This document shows, piece by piece, positions 12,164-24,518 of a stretch of DNA of 64,000 nucleotides. The notes below the pieces were generated by a model. The model was given only the letters and a program-made list of their open reading frames with translations. It was not told the origin of the DNA and did not search any database. Each line of letters starts with the position of its first letter. The stretch's first letter is position 1. This stretch comes from Octopus bimaculoides (lineage: Eukaryota), in NCBI RefSeq assembly GCF_001194135.2, contig NC_069006.1, forward strand, positions 6,078,998 to 6,142,997, read 5' to 3'. Both the position numbers and the translations under genes were made by a program.

Positions 12164-12342
12164 CTGATAATGTTAGCTGAGAGAAGTCCTTCTCCATGTA
12201 CGTTGCTGGAGCATTGAAGTACTCTGTAAAATCAGCAGTTGTAGGTGGTGGAGAATCTATCTGGAAATATGGACTATAAGGACTGGGTAGACAGGTGGAG
12301 TCTGGACTGACTGATGAGGCAGGAGTACCCAGATCATTATAA
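12164..12342 (-). CDS. CAMTA: CAMTA pre-IQ exon
   Basis: ttggctttcag|T TAT AAT...TCA G|gtatct. Encodes YNDLGTPASSVSPDSTCLPSP...PPTTADFTEYFNAPATYMEKDFSQLTLS, matching ENEFAQLTLSD. Phase 2 to 1. The acceptor was chosen by phase compatibility. Confidence 0.9.
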
Positions 12343-12504
12343 CTGAAAGCCAAATGGTTAGATTCATCATACAAACACCGGAAAACAGATTCTCTTTCAA
12401 AAGATGAAATCTATAAACAACTGTAACAAATATAGCTGAGAAACTACCACCCATTATTCCATAAGTCTTTATTCCATTAACCATTACCTTCCATGTTCTA
12501 TCTT

Positions 12505-12830
12505 TTACTTGTTTCAGTCACGAGATTATGGCCATGCTGGGGTACTGCTCTGAAGAATTGTTAGTGGAATAAATTGACCCCAGGACTCATTTGTTTCTTA
12601 AGCTCGGTACTTATTGTATTAGTCTCTTTCACTGAACTGCTATGTTATGGGGACATAAACACACCAACACTGGTTGTCAAGTGGTGGTGAGAGTCAAATA
12701 CAGACACAAACACACAAACATGTGATTGGCTTCTTTCAGTTTCCGGCTACCAAATCCACTCACAGCCTGAGGCTAAAATAGAAGAAACTTGCCCAAGGTG
12801 CTATGCAGTGGGACTGAACCCGGAACCGTG
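12505..12830 (-). mobile_element. SINE family B
   Basis: Runs from the reverse complement of the family B tail (tttacttgtttcagtc) to head remnants (ggactgaacccggaacc). Confidence 0.85.
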
Positions 12831-14176
12831 AAGCTGAGATCAATTAGAAAGGTGTAATTAGCCAGAGATGTTGCTATGGTGACTGTAAGCTGATTAAATC
12901 CAGCATGGTGGTCTGGGGGAATTGTAAGAGTTACTGTACAGAATACATTGTAGTACTTGTAATTCTTTGTAGTTTGAGTTCAAATCTTGCCATGGGTTAC
13001 CAGCTGCCATAGATGGGACTGGAATCTCACCAGGTACATAGCCACAGTTAATGGTGGATAACCTTGGAGCAATGCTTGACACTGAACTGGCTGAGAGGAG
13101 ACGATACGAGATGGCGATGCTGTGTATATGTATGAATGTGTGCACATTTGCCTGATAGATGGAAAAAGAAAGAAGCCTGTCATTTATGTATGTGTGTGTG
13201 TGTTAGTTGTAAATGGCTGTCACTGTCACACTAATACTGCCATTCATTTTCAACAGTCTGCAAGAATTTGTGTGCCAATGGGGAAATATTACCTCACTTG
13301 GAACTGCCTAAATAAACTCTGTCTGACCCATGCTAGCTTGGAAAAGTGGACATTAAAATTGTGATCACACACACACACACACACACACAGACGATGTTAG
13401 GAAGGGCGTCCTTGGCATTAGGAAGAACATCCTGTTATAGAAACCATGCTAAAGCTGACATGGAACATAACAAAGCTTTGTGACTCACCAGACCCCGGCA
13501 GACCATTCAACCCATGCCAGCTGGGAAAAGCAAATGCATGATGATGATGATGAGGAGGAGGAGGAGGAGGATGTATGTATGTTTGCATGTATGGTCTCTT
13601 CTGCTTTAAATATTTTCAATTCTTCCTCTGAGAAAGGAGCTGGTTTCCAACAAAGATACAGAGTTCCATCATTGCAATGTAGATAACAAAACAATGTCAC
13701 ATTTTAAACTCAAGAAATGCCTTACACATTTTTGTTGTTGCACTTACAGCTTGTATTTGCAATATGTGAGTTAATTAATTGATGAATTTCTTTTTCTGAA
13801 AACCCCAGCTTATGCAGATTGTCCCTTGGGCATTGAATGTATGTATGCACCCACACAATGGGCTTCTATAATGTGGGATTGAACCTGAAACGACGTGGTT
13901 GTAAAGTGAATTTCTTAACCTTAGACCCATGCCCAAGAGAATGATGACATAAGTACCTGTTGTGTACTGGGGTTAATGTGATCAACTAGCCCCAAATTTC
14001 AGGCCTTGTGCCCATAATAGAAAGACTTGCTATTATTATAAACAACCAGCAGTGGAATGTCTCGTGACATACCAGTAAGATGGTAGGGATTAAATGTTCT
14101 CATGATTCCACCAATGAAGCACCTTACCAAGAAAATGGAAGCAAAAGTAAAAGAAACGTTGTTGAAAGAGACTTAC

Positions 14177-14528
14177 CGATAATCTTCAAATGAAAGACCA
14201 TCACCAAGTGGGGTAGATATTCCAGAATCTTCCCCGTAAGATGATGCGATTGGAGAGTTCTGTGAGGCTAGGGAGCTATGAGAGCTGCTGCGCTCGCGAC
14301 ATATTTGCTCTGTTTCAGCAGTAGAATCCTCCCGGCTCGGGGAAGATTTTATACGTTCAGGCATAGCATCAATGATTTGACGTGCTAAAGTGACCATATG
14401 TTTCTTTGCTTCTTCGCTGCCATCTTCGCCCACAATTGTTCGCTTCTCATGCACTTTCAGTTCGTCATCGGAAGGTATGCGTTCTCCATCTAGAAGGGGA
14501 CTTTCCCCTTGATGGGATGATAGCTCAT
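14177..14528 (-). CDS. CAMTA: CAMTA exon with the conserved MVTLARQIIDAMPERIK motif
   Basis: tttgtttcttcag|AT...TAT CG|gtaagt. Motif matches MMTLAEHIIEATPDRIK. Phase 1 to 2. Confidence 0.95.
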
Positions 14529-14749
14529 CTGAAGAAACAAACAATTACTAATTAATATGTAACCACAAATATTCGTTTATTTTTTACATTAAGAACAACT
14601 TCAAAAGGAATGAATTAGCACCAAATACAAATAGATTCCTTAGGTTTTATTCCAACATGAATTCTTCATCAAATGTCAAATTTTTACTTTGAGTTTAAGC
14701 TATGGCTTTGAATCTGCCCAGGGTTATCTCTTTTCAGTATTTCCCATGG

Positions 14750-15134
14750 GGTGGAGGCGCAATGGCCCAGTGGTTAAGGCAGTGGTCTCGTGGTCATAGG
14801 ATCGCAGTTTCAATTCCCAGACCAGGCGTTGTGAGTGTTTATTGAGCGAAAACACCTAAAGCTCCACAAGGCTCCGGCAGGGGATGGTGGCGAACCCTGC
14901 TGTACTCTTTCACCACAACTTTCTCTCACTCTTACTTCCTGTTTCTGTTGTGCCTGTAATTCAAAGGGTCAGTCTTGTCACAGTGTCACACTGAATATCC
15001 CTGAGAACTACGTTAAGGGTACACGTGTCTGTGGAGTACTCAGCCACTTGCACGTTAATTTCACGAGCAGGCTGTTCCATTGATCGGATCAACTGGAACT
15101 CTCGACATCGTAAGCGACAGAGTTCCAACACCCC
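14750..15134 (+). mobile_element. Full-length tRNA-derived SINE (family D) with an 11-bp TSD
   Basis: A-box tggcccagtgg and B-box gtttcaattcc. atttcccatgg is duplicated at 14739-14749 and 15135-15145. Confidence 0.85.
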
Positions 15135-16042
15135 ATTTCCCATGGTAGAAGGCCAAAGAGTTAGAAATGTGCATCTGGGAATCCAATAGTGGGAAGTACT
15201 GGGCATAAATGGTGTTTTTACACCATTTACCATAAGTGAGAATTTTTTCTCCATGGTAACTGCAGTGAATTTGCCTTTAGAAGTTAAAATATGTCACAAA
15301 CATAATTCAACTAACATACAGTTCATTTATTCCCAATCACTAATGGGTACTGATGTTGCTATATTGTTAACCAAATAATGTATATCCATCACTACTTAGT
15401 ACAGAATTAAATAAACAAACAAATAGATAAACAAACAAATAAATAAATAGATAAAAAGAGTAATATCAGACAACTGTTTTCTATCAATAACTTAACAACA
15501 GATTCCCAGAATAAAATATCACCTGTTTGTCTTCACTGACAATTTAACACTTTCATGATGATGGACTTAGTTACAACTATATTTAAATCTTTTAATTACT
15601 TTTCATTATAATTAAGACTCTAGTTAGTGGAGGTTAGTAAAATATACATAACATAATATTTTGATTGTTGCTGTTGTTGTCAGTCCTTAATTAGTTCTGA
15701 TTAACTTAATCTATAATTAGAGATCTCTAATTAGAGACTACATTATCTGAAATGTCCTTTTCATAAATCAATAAAACTGAGTTAGATTTAGCTGCTATTT
15801 CTAGTAGACAGAGTGTCAATATATTTTTGATGCTTATAACTGCTAAGTTACAAGGACATAAACATGCCAACACCTGTTGTCAAGCAGTGGTGCGGAACAG
15901 ACACAGATAAAGAGACACACACACATACATACACATACACCAAACCCACTCACAAGGCTTTAAGCACCTCGGCCAGCATGCAACCGATTCTGCCAGCTCA
16001 CTTAAGGAGTTCAGTTAAATAAGGATATTACAAAAGCCTTAC

Positions 16043-17012
16043 CTGTATCCATGGAGAACAGCAGATGGTTGTCAGAGCTCTGTCTTCTAGGGCCTCTGAT
16101 CATTATTGAGTCAGTTGAAGACAGATGTTCTGTCCCCAGGGAGGTATCTGTGTGCATGAGCATGTCCGGAATTTGGTTGGAAGAATCCATTCCTTGTGAG
16201 GAAGCAGAGAGTAGGGGTTGTTGTTGTTGTGCTGTTTTGAAGAAACTGGACAGGTGTGGTTCAGATATAGATTCCCGCACCGGTTTATGGTAAGTGTCGG
16301 AGAGGAGGTTGTTCCGCTCCACAGAGGTTCGTTTGGGGGACACAAAGTCAACAGAGTAACGTTTGTTAGATTTCTGCTGGGGAGATGTACTGTTACTTCT
16401 GCTGCCGCCACCGCCGCTGCCGCCGCCACCACCACCACCACCACCACCACCACCACCACCACTGCTGCTGCCACTACTGTTGTTGCTGCTGCTGCTGCTG
16501 GTGGTGCTGCTGCCCAAGCACTGTTCACTCATCCTTCGCACCAGCTTACTGTTGCCCGGATATGGCGGGGGAGGGGGTGGTGGTGGTGGAGGAGCCAAAG
16601 GAGGGGAAGATGTCCCGGCGAAAAGGCTGTCGTTGCCGGAATCATCGGAGGTTGTGGAAATTGCTGAAGGAAATGTGTTTGATTGTTCACAAGCAATCAC
16701 CCCTGAACTTGACACCGTATTCACGTTGTCAGGGGCAAGGAATGTATCACTAATGGTACTTGAAACTTCACCACTGCCACCAGAAGGTTCCACCGTGTCA
16801 GGCACACTGATTGTAGTCCGAGGAGTGAGTGCCTTCTGGTTGTTGTGGGTCTGCTCTAACAACTCAATGCAGTTGGCCAGGTTGTGGTGGCCATGATGCC
16901 GGGCTGCTGTCAAGGGTAGTATCCCATCCTTGTTGCAGACCTTCAACGGGCCTCTGTTCCAATGATAAAGTGTCTGAGCAGCTTCTGTGTAACCTTTTGC
17001 ACAAGCCCACAT
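16043..17012 (-). CDS. CAMTA: CAMTA ankyrin repeats plus low-complexity (poly-P/S/G) exon
   Basis: acatttcag|ATG...ACA G|gtaagg; 970 nt open. Starts MWACAKGYTEAAQTLYHWN...GILPLTAARHHGHHNLANCIELLE. Phase 0 to 1. Confidence 0.95.
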
Positions 17013-17288
17013 CTGAAATGTACAGGACAAACAACGAAAGAGGATCAGAAGGGAGAATGATGACGATCACCATTATGATGACAAGGGTTTCAGAGATGCA
17101 AGACATAAGATACAATAGACGGATGGTGTCTAATTTACTAAATTAAAAATCGTGATATTTATCGTTATCTATTTTATCATTTCTGAGGAAGTAAAAAAAA
17201 AAAAGAAAACAAAAAAAAAAACGGTAACTGCACAGGAGTCCATCATAAGTATGCCTGTATACATATGCATGTGTGTGTGTATGTGGAC

Positions 17289-17530
17289 AGCAGAACATGT
17301 ACAATCTGTGGAAGGGTGTTCCACTCAGTCGGAGGATTGAAAAGGCACGTGGAAGGAGTTCATACTGTGGCACTGGTTCCCTTTGCCAGCAAGCACAGCT
17401 GTGCATTATGCAATAGAATGTGCAAATGTTTGGCAGGACTCAAGAGTCATACAAGGGCCTGACATTGCATCACTGATGACTCATTTCAGTGATTCTGTCT
17501 AGGAATGGCTTGGCTCGTATACGAGAAAGC
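17289..17530 (+). mobile_element. 3' end of an RTE-like LINE carrying two C2H2 zinc fingers
   Basis: Reads CTICGRVFHSVGGLKRHVEGVH (C-x2-C-x12-H-x4-H) and CALCNRMCKCLAGLKSHTRA*. A short 3'UTR follows, ending in (TATG)n. The C..C.R.C.S..GL.SH pattern is typical of RTE ORF2 C-termini. Confidence 0.6.
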
Positions 17531-17924
17531 ACCTGCTATGTATGTCCTATGTATGTATGTATGTGTGTGTGTATGTGTGTGTGTGCATGCATGCATGTAT
17601 GCATCTATGTATGTATGCATGTATGTATGTTTGTATGTATGCATGTATGCCTGTATGTGTGATTGCTTGTTTCCATGAGTCTTTGTATGACATCATTCAA
17701 GTAATGGAGATGTCAACTTCACATCTCCAGTGGCTGGGCAGTTTCGACACGAGACAACTGGTTGAATGAAAATATCTTAAATGAGGTGCAGGTAAGGGTT
17801 AGTGACAGGAAGAGCATTCAGCTGTAGAATACTAGCTTAAAAAACTCATGCAACCCCTGTCACCATGAAAAATAAACAAATACATCTGAAAACAATTTTT
17901 ATAAATGTGAGAGTGTGCATGCAT

Positions 17925-17969
<45 letters not shown>

Positions 17970-18195
17970 TGGGTAAACCCTTGTGTTCTGAGAGTGTTGC
18001 TATACTCTGTCTCCGGATGCAAGAGTTGATGTCACACCAGGCAGTGTAGCATCCCTGAAGGTGTTTTGGTCTCTTTTCCATTGTGACACCAGAGCTACCT
18101 GGAGCCATCCACCAATGCAGGTGCCAAAACTCCGGCACAGCGGCCCAAGCTTTGGCAAGTGAGATGTATACACATAGAGAGAGATATATTCTTAC

Positions 18196-18271
18196 CAGTG
18201 GCGTACAAGAATAATCATCGACATTGTGGGCATCTACTTCATATTCTAGCACAAGGCTGGGATTCTCTGAT
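18196..18271 (-). CDS. CAMTA: CAMTA ankyrin linker exon
   Basis: gtttctttcag|A...CTG|gtaaga. Encodes SENPSLVLEYEVDAHNVDDYSCTPL, matching LELEVDPLNVDHFSCTPL. Phase 2 to 0. Confidence 0.95.
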
Positions 18272-20274
18272 CTGAAAGAAACAACAAAATATCATTTATT
18301 AATTTAAATAACCAGTGACCACCACCCCTGCCTCTCGCACCGTAAATAATAACAGCAGCATGAATCAAGGAGAGAAGCCCCTATATGGTCATACATCCTG
18401 CTAGTAAAACTAAATTCCCCTCAAATTACACCTTACGGTCATAAATAATTAAAGGACATATTAGTTTAATTCTAAGTATCCCTCAGAAGACAGACAGGAT
18501 GGTGATAGATGGAAAGGTTTTAATGAAGGTTGAATTAGGGTTGAACAACAACAACAACAGGTTAATTAGTAAGCTCCCATTAAATTTCTTATCACATGTG
18601 ACTTAATTACATTCTCCTCTGACAAACTCCAACCAATGGGAACTACATGTATTCTTAGTTGTCTGATAGTTGACTGAGGTCTTTTGGGGTGAACGAGGTA
18701 TTTACGCACATCGTCTCAAAGGAGAAGCCAGTCTCCAAGATAAAATCCAACAAAGCTGTGTTCATATGTGAGTGTGCGGTTCGAGGAAATGGATGGAGGT
18801 TAGGTTGGTGTTTGGTCTCCTTCCAGCTCTGATTTGCCTGATCAGAGCTGAGATGAGACACTTGCTCAAGGTACTGCACTGTGGGACTGAACCCAAAACC
18901 ATATGGCTGGTAAGCAAGCTTTTTAACCACACAGTCATGCCTGCATCTATATGAAAGAAGTTTATCCACCATATGAGGATTTTAAACAAAAGAAGCACCA
19001 TACGGCTGCATGTCTGTCGGTATATTTAATATAAATAACCAAGGTGAAGATGGGTTAATTAAGACGGTGTCTTGATCAGCCACATGTATTCAATTATTAA
19101 CAGAGAAAATAACAAAAATGTGTGCGATTGTGTGTGTATGTACAAGGATACATATGTGTGTGTGAATGTACTTGAATATGTCTATGTGTACCAGAAAATA
19201 TGTGTGTGTGCATGTGTATTAAGTTTCCAATCTGATTAGTCACAGTCAAGAGAAATTTGTTCGTCTACAACAAAAAAAAAACACTGTGTATCATATCTTG
19301 TTCACACTGTTCTAGAGAGGGAAATTTAGTAAACCTGAGTGAGGTTAGTATTAGAGATACTGTTACATTACATAATGGCTAAAATATGATATTTGCCTGA
19401 AGCTGTGGACTTGAAATAGCTCACTGGCAACAAGATTTACAGAAAAAAAAAATGCTTTTTTTTCTTTGTTAGTTGCTACATTAACTTGTATCAGAACTGT
19501 GTAAGAACTAAGAACAGGATTTACAGACACAAATAGTTGGAGCAGCTGTATTAGTGAGTATGGGAACTAAGTTAAAACTGAGGACAGGATTTACAGAGAG
19601 AAATATTACTTGTAGTAGTTATGTTAATCTGTAGCAGAGCTATATATAAAATATGAACAAAATTTACTGACTGGGAGGAGCAGCCAATATTATGCTGTTT
19701 GGATGTGAAAGGTTGAAGGAAAAGGAATAACAAGTTTGTTGCAGGAATATTTAATCCAGGTCACTGTATTCAATGCAAAAAAGCAACTCAAGAATATGAA
19801 GGCAGTTTGCTAGAATATTATTGAAGTCATAAAAAAATCTGACCATTCAAGGCTTTGTGTGGAACTGGATATAATAACAACAGTTTCATCTTTGGTGCAC
19901 TTTTCCTGATAAAGATCAGCACTATGTATTCGGTGCATTTTAGCCACTATGGGGAGGTGGCAGACGTTAGACCAGACAAGAAATAGCAGTCAGCAGACAG
20001 TAGAAGAACCAGCAGCAGGCCAGAGTGCTGTTACAACATAAAAACAATGGACAGTGGCAGCAGTAACACATAGTAACCAGCTAACATTAAGGAACTCGTG
20101 ATAGGGACTACTACCATACTTAGTCCAAGAACAATAAGCTTTGAACAATGCCATTCTTTGCTTTTGGTAGGAATGACGACATTTTTGTTTATGATAAAAA
20201 TATTGTTTTTTCATGAAAACTCTCTAACAAATTTCATTGTTCTTTATTGTGATCGGTTAATATTTGAATATTAC

Positions 20275-20459
20275 CTCCAATGGATAAGGCTTCTAATAAC
20301 TTCAGCATAACCAAGTGCTCCAGCTAGATGCAACAAAGTCATACCCCCAGGGCCGGCCTTGGGGAAGACATCGTTATTGGCCCAGGGCAGTCGGGACAAT
20401 GTCATTATATGCTGTACCAGGCGCCATTCAAAGTCATTGCTTTGTTGAGAATTCTGTGG
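20275..20459 (-). CDS. CAMTA: CAMTA first ankyrin-repeat exon
   Basis: tttttcattttag|CCA...TGG AG|gtaata. Encodes ...DFEWRLVQHIMTL...GMTLLHLAGALGYAEVIRSLIHW(R). Phase 0 to 2. Confidence 0.95.
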
Positions 20460-22177
20460 CTAAAATGAAAAACAAAAAATTATTTCCTGCAGACATTAAA
20501 GACACAAATGATAATTAACCAGATACACAAATGAGAGTTAATTAGGAGCAGTAATTAGAGTTAAAATGAAATTTCAGAAGTGAATTGCTTATTAAAGGTT
20601 ATGATCCTTCCTTTGAAAATAAAAGTTGGTTTTAATTATTTAATATTTATCTGATCAATAATCTCTCTCTGAAGGCATTGCAGCAAAGAGAAGTTCAAAG
20701 AACTACCTTTGTTTCAGGAAACAGAGCTATTTCCACTAGAGAGAAAATATTGGTGAAGTTTGCATCGAAAAACTTCATAAGAGATAACTTCACAATATCA
20801 TTTCTCATAAAGTCCCTTCTGAAAGGAAACTTAGATGTCTAATCTCCTTAAGAATGAGATTAAAGAAAAGTTTTAAGAAGAAATGGGAGAGGGGAACCGT
20901 ACAATTGTTGCCTTCTCCCTCGAAACTGTTTCAGAGAAAAAGGTTGGTACATCATTTCTATAAGAAGGTTTTACACAGGGAAAAATCAATTAGATTCCTG
21001 TTATACAATGAATTGGTAATTATAGTCCATCTCAGCAACAACTAACGATTTTCTGATGCTTTCTCACAGATTAAAATCCAACTTCATTGAGAAATGGTAG
21101 AACACATTCTTAAAGTGGATTATTCTCTTCTCTTTAATAAATAATTCAATTAAAACTGCAGACAGTGGCCACATAAGTTTACTAATGTACAGCTATAAAA
21201 GCTACTGTTACAACACAATCAACCAACTTAATAATGTAGCTTCGTCAATATTCCTGGAACGTAACTGATTGATAAACTTCAACTTGCAGTCATTAATGTA
21301 ATACCTCAGTATTATATTATAATACTTTGCAAGCTGGCATAATTGCTAGAACAGTGGCAAAATACTTAGGGCCATTTCATATGTCTCTACGTTCTGAGTT
21401 CAAATCCCACTGAGGTCGACTTTGCCTTTCATCTGTTCAGGGTCAATAAAATAAGTATCAGTTGAATACTGGGGTTGAATTAATCAACATATGCGCTCCT
21501 CTAAGACTGCTGGCTGTGTGTCCAAATTTGAAATCGTAATTATTGTAATACCTTGATATCATCAGTCTATCATATGGGAGCCCCTTTTCACTAAATTCTA
21601 ACTTATAATAGTTCAAACTAAAATTTAGCTTTCTTTTGTCTGGTGGCTCAGTCAAAGAGGAAAATGTTGTACCTGTGAATGTTGTATGATTTCTGAGAGT
21701 GGTGGAGGGCAAGGGTGGACTACTCACATTTCACAAGTCACAAGCTCTAATAAGGAGACCCTATGGTCAGGTAGTGGTGTTAAATCTAATTGCAGATTAG
21801 CTCTATCCCTCATCCCACCTCACAAATAGCCACAGTCCACCTGATATATTTCCACAATGTTTCCTTACACTGAATTTCACTCCTACCAAAACTTCAGTCA
21901 ACCTGAGGCCAAGGGAGATAACCAAAAAGTAAAGGTCAAAGAGCTGCAATGGTGGGATTGACCCCCAAACCATATGACTATGCAATCAACACAACCAGGC
22001 CAGCAGCCCCAGAAAAAAATACTTATTTCACTCATCTCACTGCCCTTCAAGTAGTAAATGGTTGAATGTAATTAGGGGATCAACCCTTTATACCCTTAAG
22101 ATGAACAATATAAAAAACAGACATTAAGTGATGATGATGATGATAATGATGATGGAGGGTATCTGTAAAAGACCTAC

Positions 22178-22269
22178 TTGTTCACTGGGGATTTCATTTT
22201 GGGTACATGTATTCAGTCGTTTCTCTAATTGCTCCAAACGTTCTAAGACCATCAGTCGTAATTGGTCTT
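22178..22269 (-). CDS. CAMTA: CAMTA exon between TIG and ankyrin repeats
   Basis: tatttctgcag|AA...CAA|gtaggt. Encodes (E)DQLRLMVLERLEQLEKRLNTCTQNEIPSEQ, matching DNQFRMSILERLEQMERR. Phase 1 to 0. Confidence 0.93.
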
Positions 22270-22999
22270 CTGCAGAAATAAGAAACGACAACTAATTAGT
22301 ACAATGACATTTAATTACCATAGTGGAAAGTATCAAAAATTAATTGGTTGATGTAAAAGAGAGAGAGAGAGCCAAACTATCATTGCAAATTAGAGTTAAT
22401 CAACAACAATGTTTTATGGGGCTGAAAACCTGATCTTTTCTGAAAAAATATACCAAATCAGCGTTTACTGTTAAAGGGTCAGTCTGTGTTTTGGTCACTC
22501 ACTGTTTGATCATTAAAAATTAGACATTGACACTGAATTTCAAATACTGAGGTATACACATACGCACACACGTATAATTAATAAACATCATTATTTAATG
22601 ATATTAAAAGCGATGTGTTTCTTGATTGGAATCAATATTACCTATCTCAGTGGTTCTTCACTGGTGTCCAGATAAGATTTTGTTGCTAAATTTATGGGAG
22701 ATAAATTGGATACACTTCACAATACACTAAAGTTTTTAATAATTTTTTATATAATTCCTAATAATATTTAATTATAAAAGTATCTTTTATATACCGAATG
22801 GAGGCGGGGTGGGGGGCAGAGAGTCTACCTGAGTAAGACATGAATCAAAGGGGTCCATATATTGGTATCAAAGAAGTACAATAAATAAGGCATCACACAC
22901 ACACTACGGTTCTAGTTTATGGATATTTCAATATGCAGTGTTGCAATGTGCCTCTGGTTATGATGACATTAAACTGGAGTTCTTCAAAGGTTTTATACC

Positions 23000-23409
23000 A
23001 ATGTGAGGATTATTTCTACAAACTCATTACATTCTGAGTTCAAATCCTGCTGAGGTCAGCTTTGCCTGTCATTCTTTTGGGGTTGATAGAATAAAGTACC
23101 AGTCATGTATTGGAGTTAATGTAATTGACTTAACCCCAACCCTAAATCTGCTAGCCTTGTGTCAAAATTTGAAGCAATTATTAAAGGCACTGAGCTGGCG
23201 GCAGAATTGTTAACATGCCGGACGAAATGCTAAGAAGCATTTCTTTATGTTATACATTCTGAGTTCAAATTCTACTGAAGTTGAATTTGCCTTTCATTCA
23301 TTCAGGGTCAATGAAATATGTACCAGTTGGGCACTGGGGATGATGTAACTGACTTGATCCACATCCAAAATTATTCACCTTCTGCCAAAAATATGAAACC
23401 ATTATCATA

Positions 23410-23444
<35 letters not shown>

Positions 23445-24131
23445 CATTATGAAGACAGCAAGCTGGCAGAATCATTAGCACACGGTGAAATGCTTAGCGG
23501 TATTTCGCCCATCACTACGTTCTGAGTTCAAATTCCGCTGAGGTCAACTTTGCCTTTCATCCTTTCGGGGTCGATAAATTAAGTACCAGTCAAGTACTGG
23601 GGTTGATGTGATCAACTAGTCCCCCACCTGACAAAAATTCAGATCTTGTGCCTATAGTAGAAAAGATTATTATTAAGGTGGGAATCTGGCAGAATCATTA
23701 GCACGCCAGGTGAAATGCTTAATGGCATTTCGTCCATCTTCGCATTCTGAGTTCAAATCTGCAGAGGTTGACTTTGCCTTCATCCTTTCAGGGCTGATAA
23801 ATTAAGTACCAGTGAAACACTGGGGGTGATNNNNNNNNNNNNNNNNNNNNNNNNNNNNNNNNNNNNNNNNNNNNNNNNNNNNNNNNNNNNNNNNNNNNNN
23901 NNNNNNNNNNNNNNNNNNNNNNNNNNNNNNNGAAACGTTAGCACGCTGGGCGAAATGCTTAGCGGTATTTCGTCTGCTGCTACGTTCTGAGTTCAAATTC
24001 CGCTGAGGTCGACTTTGCCTTTCATCCTTTCGGGGGTCGATAAATTAAGTACCAGTCAAGTACTGGAATCGATCTAATCGACTGGCCCCACTTCCCCAAA
24101 AATTTCAGGCCTTGTGCCTAGAGCAGAAAAG

Positions 24132-24167
<36 letters not shown>

Positions 24168-24390
24168 TTTATTATGATTAAGGCACTGAGCTGGCAGAAT
24201 CGTTAGCATGCAAAATGCCAAGCAGCAACATTTTATCCATCTGTATGTTCTGAGATCAAATTCTGTTGAGGCCAACATTGCTTTCATCTTTTTGAGGGTG
24301 GATAAAATGAGTACCAGTCGAGCACTGGGGTTGATGTAATCAGCAAGCCCACCCACCCCAAGGTTTCAGGCCTTGTGCTTACAATAGAAT
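23000..24390 (+). mobile_element. Head-to-tail array of six SINE family A copies separated by (TTA)n
   Basis: Copies at ~23000-23177, 23184-23400, 23452-23668, 23676-23830 (cut by gap), 23932-24131 and 24181-24390. Each has the gagttcaaat or gagatcaaat B-box and the shared core. Confidence 0.9.
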
Positions 24391-24430
24391 AACTTATTAT
24401 TACTATTATTATTGCTGTTGTTATTACTGT

Positions 24431-24518
<88 letters not shown>

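Noticed and set aside
12343-12410. Upstream alternative acceptors for the pre-IQ exon (tttatag at ~12411, gaaag at ~12394)
   Set aside because: The first is out of phase. The second is in phase but a weaker aag site. ctttcag at 12343 is the better acceptor; minor use of the second cannot be excluded.
12894-13183. Exon-like unique segment in the intron between 14177 and 12342
   Set aside because: The acceptor is weak, both candidate donors give phase 1 where phase 2 is required, and there is no homology.
14750-14825. Possible tRNA gene
   Set aside because: It has A/B boxes but no convincing cloverleaf, continues into a SINE body and is enclosed by a TSD.
16051-17146. Several overlapping ORFs on both strands over the large ankyrin exon
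   Set aside because: They are by-products of GC-rich trinucleotide repeats. Only the minus frame has ankyrin homology and compatible splice phases.
23000-24390. Regularly spaced repeats resembling a CRISPR array or satellite
   Set aside because: The units are ~200-bp tRNA-derived SINEs found dispersed elsewhere in the window, in a eukaryotic context, with no spacers or cas genes.
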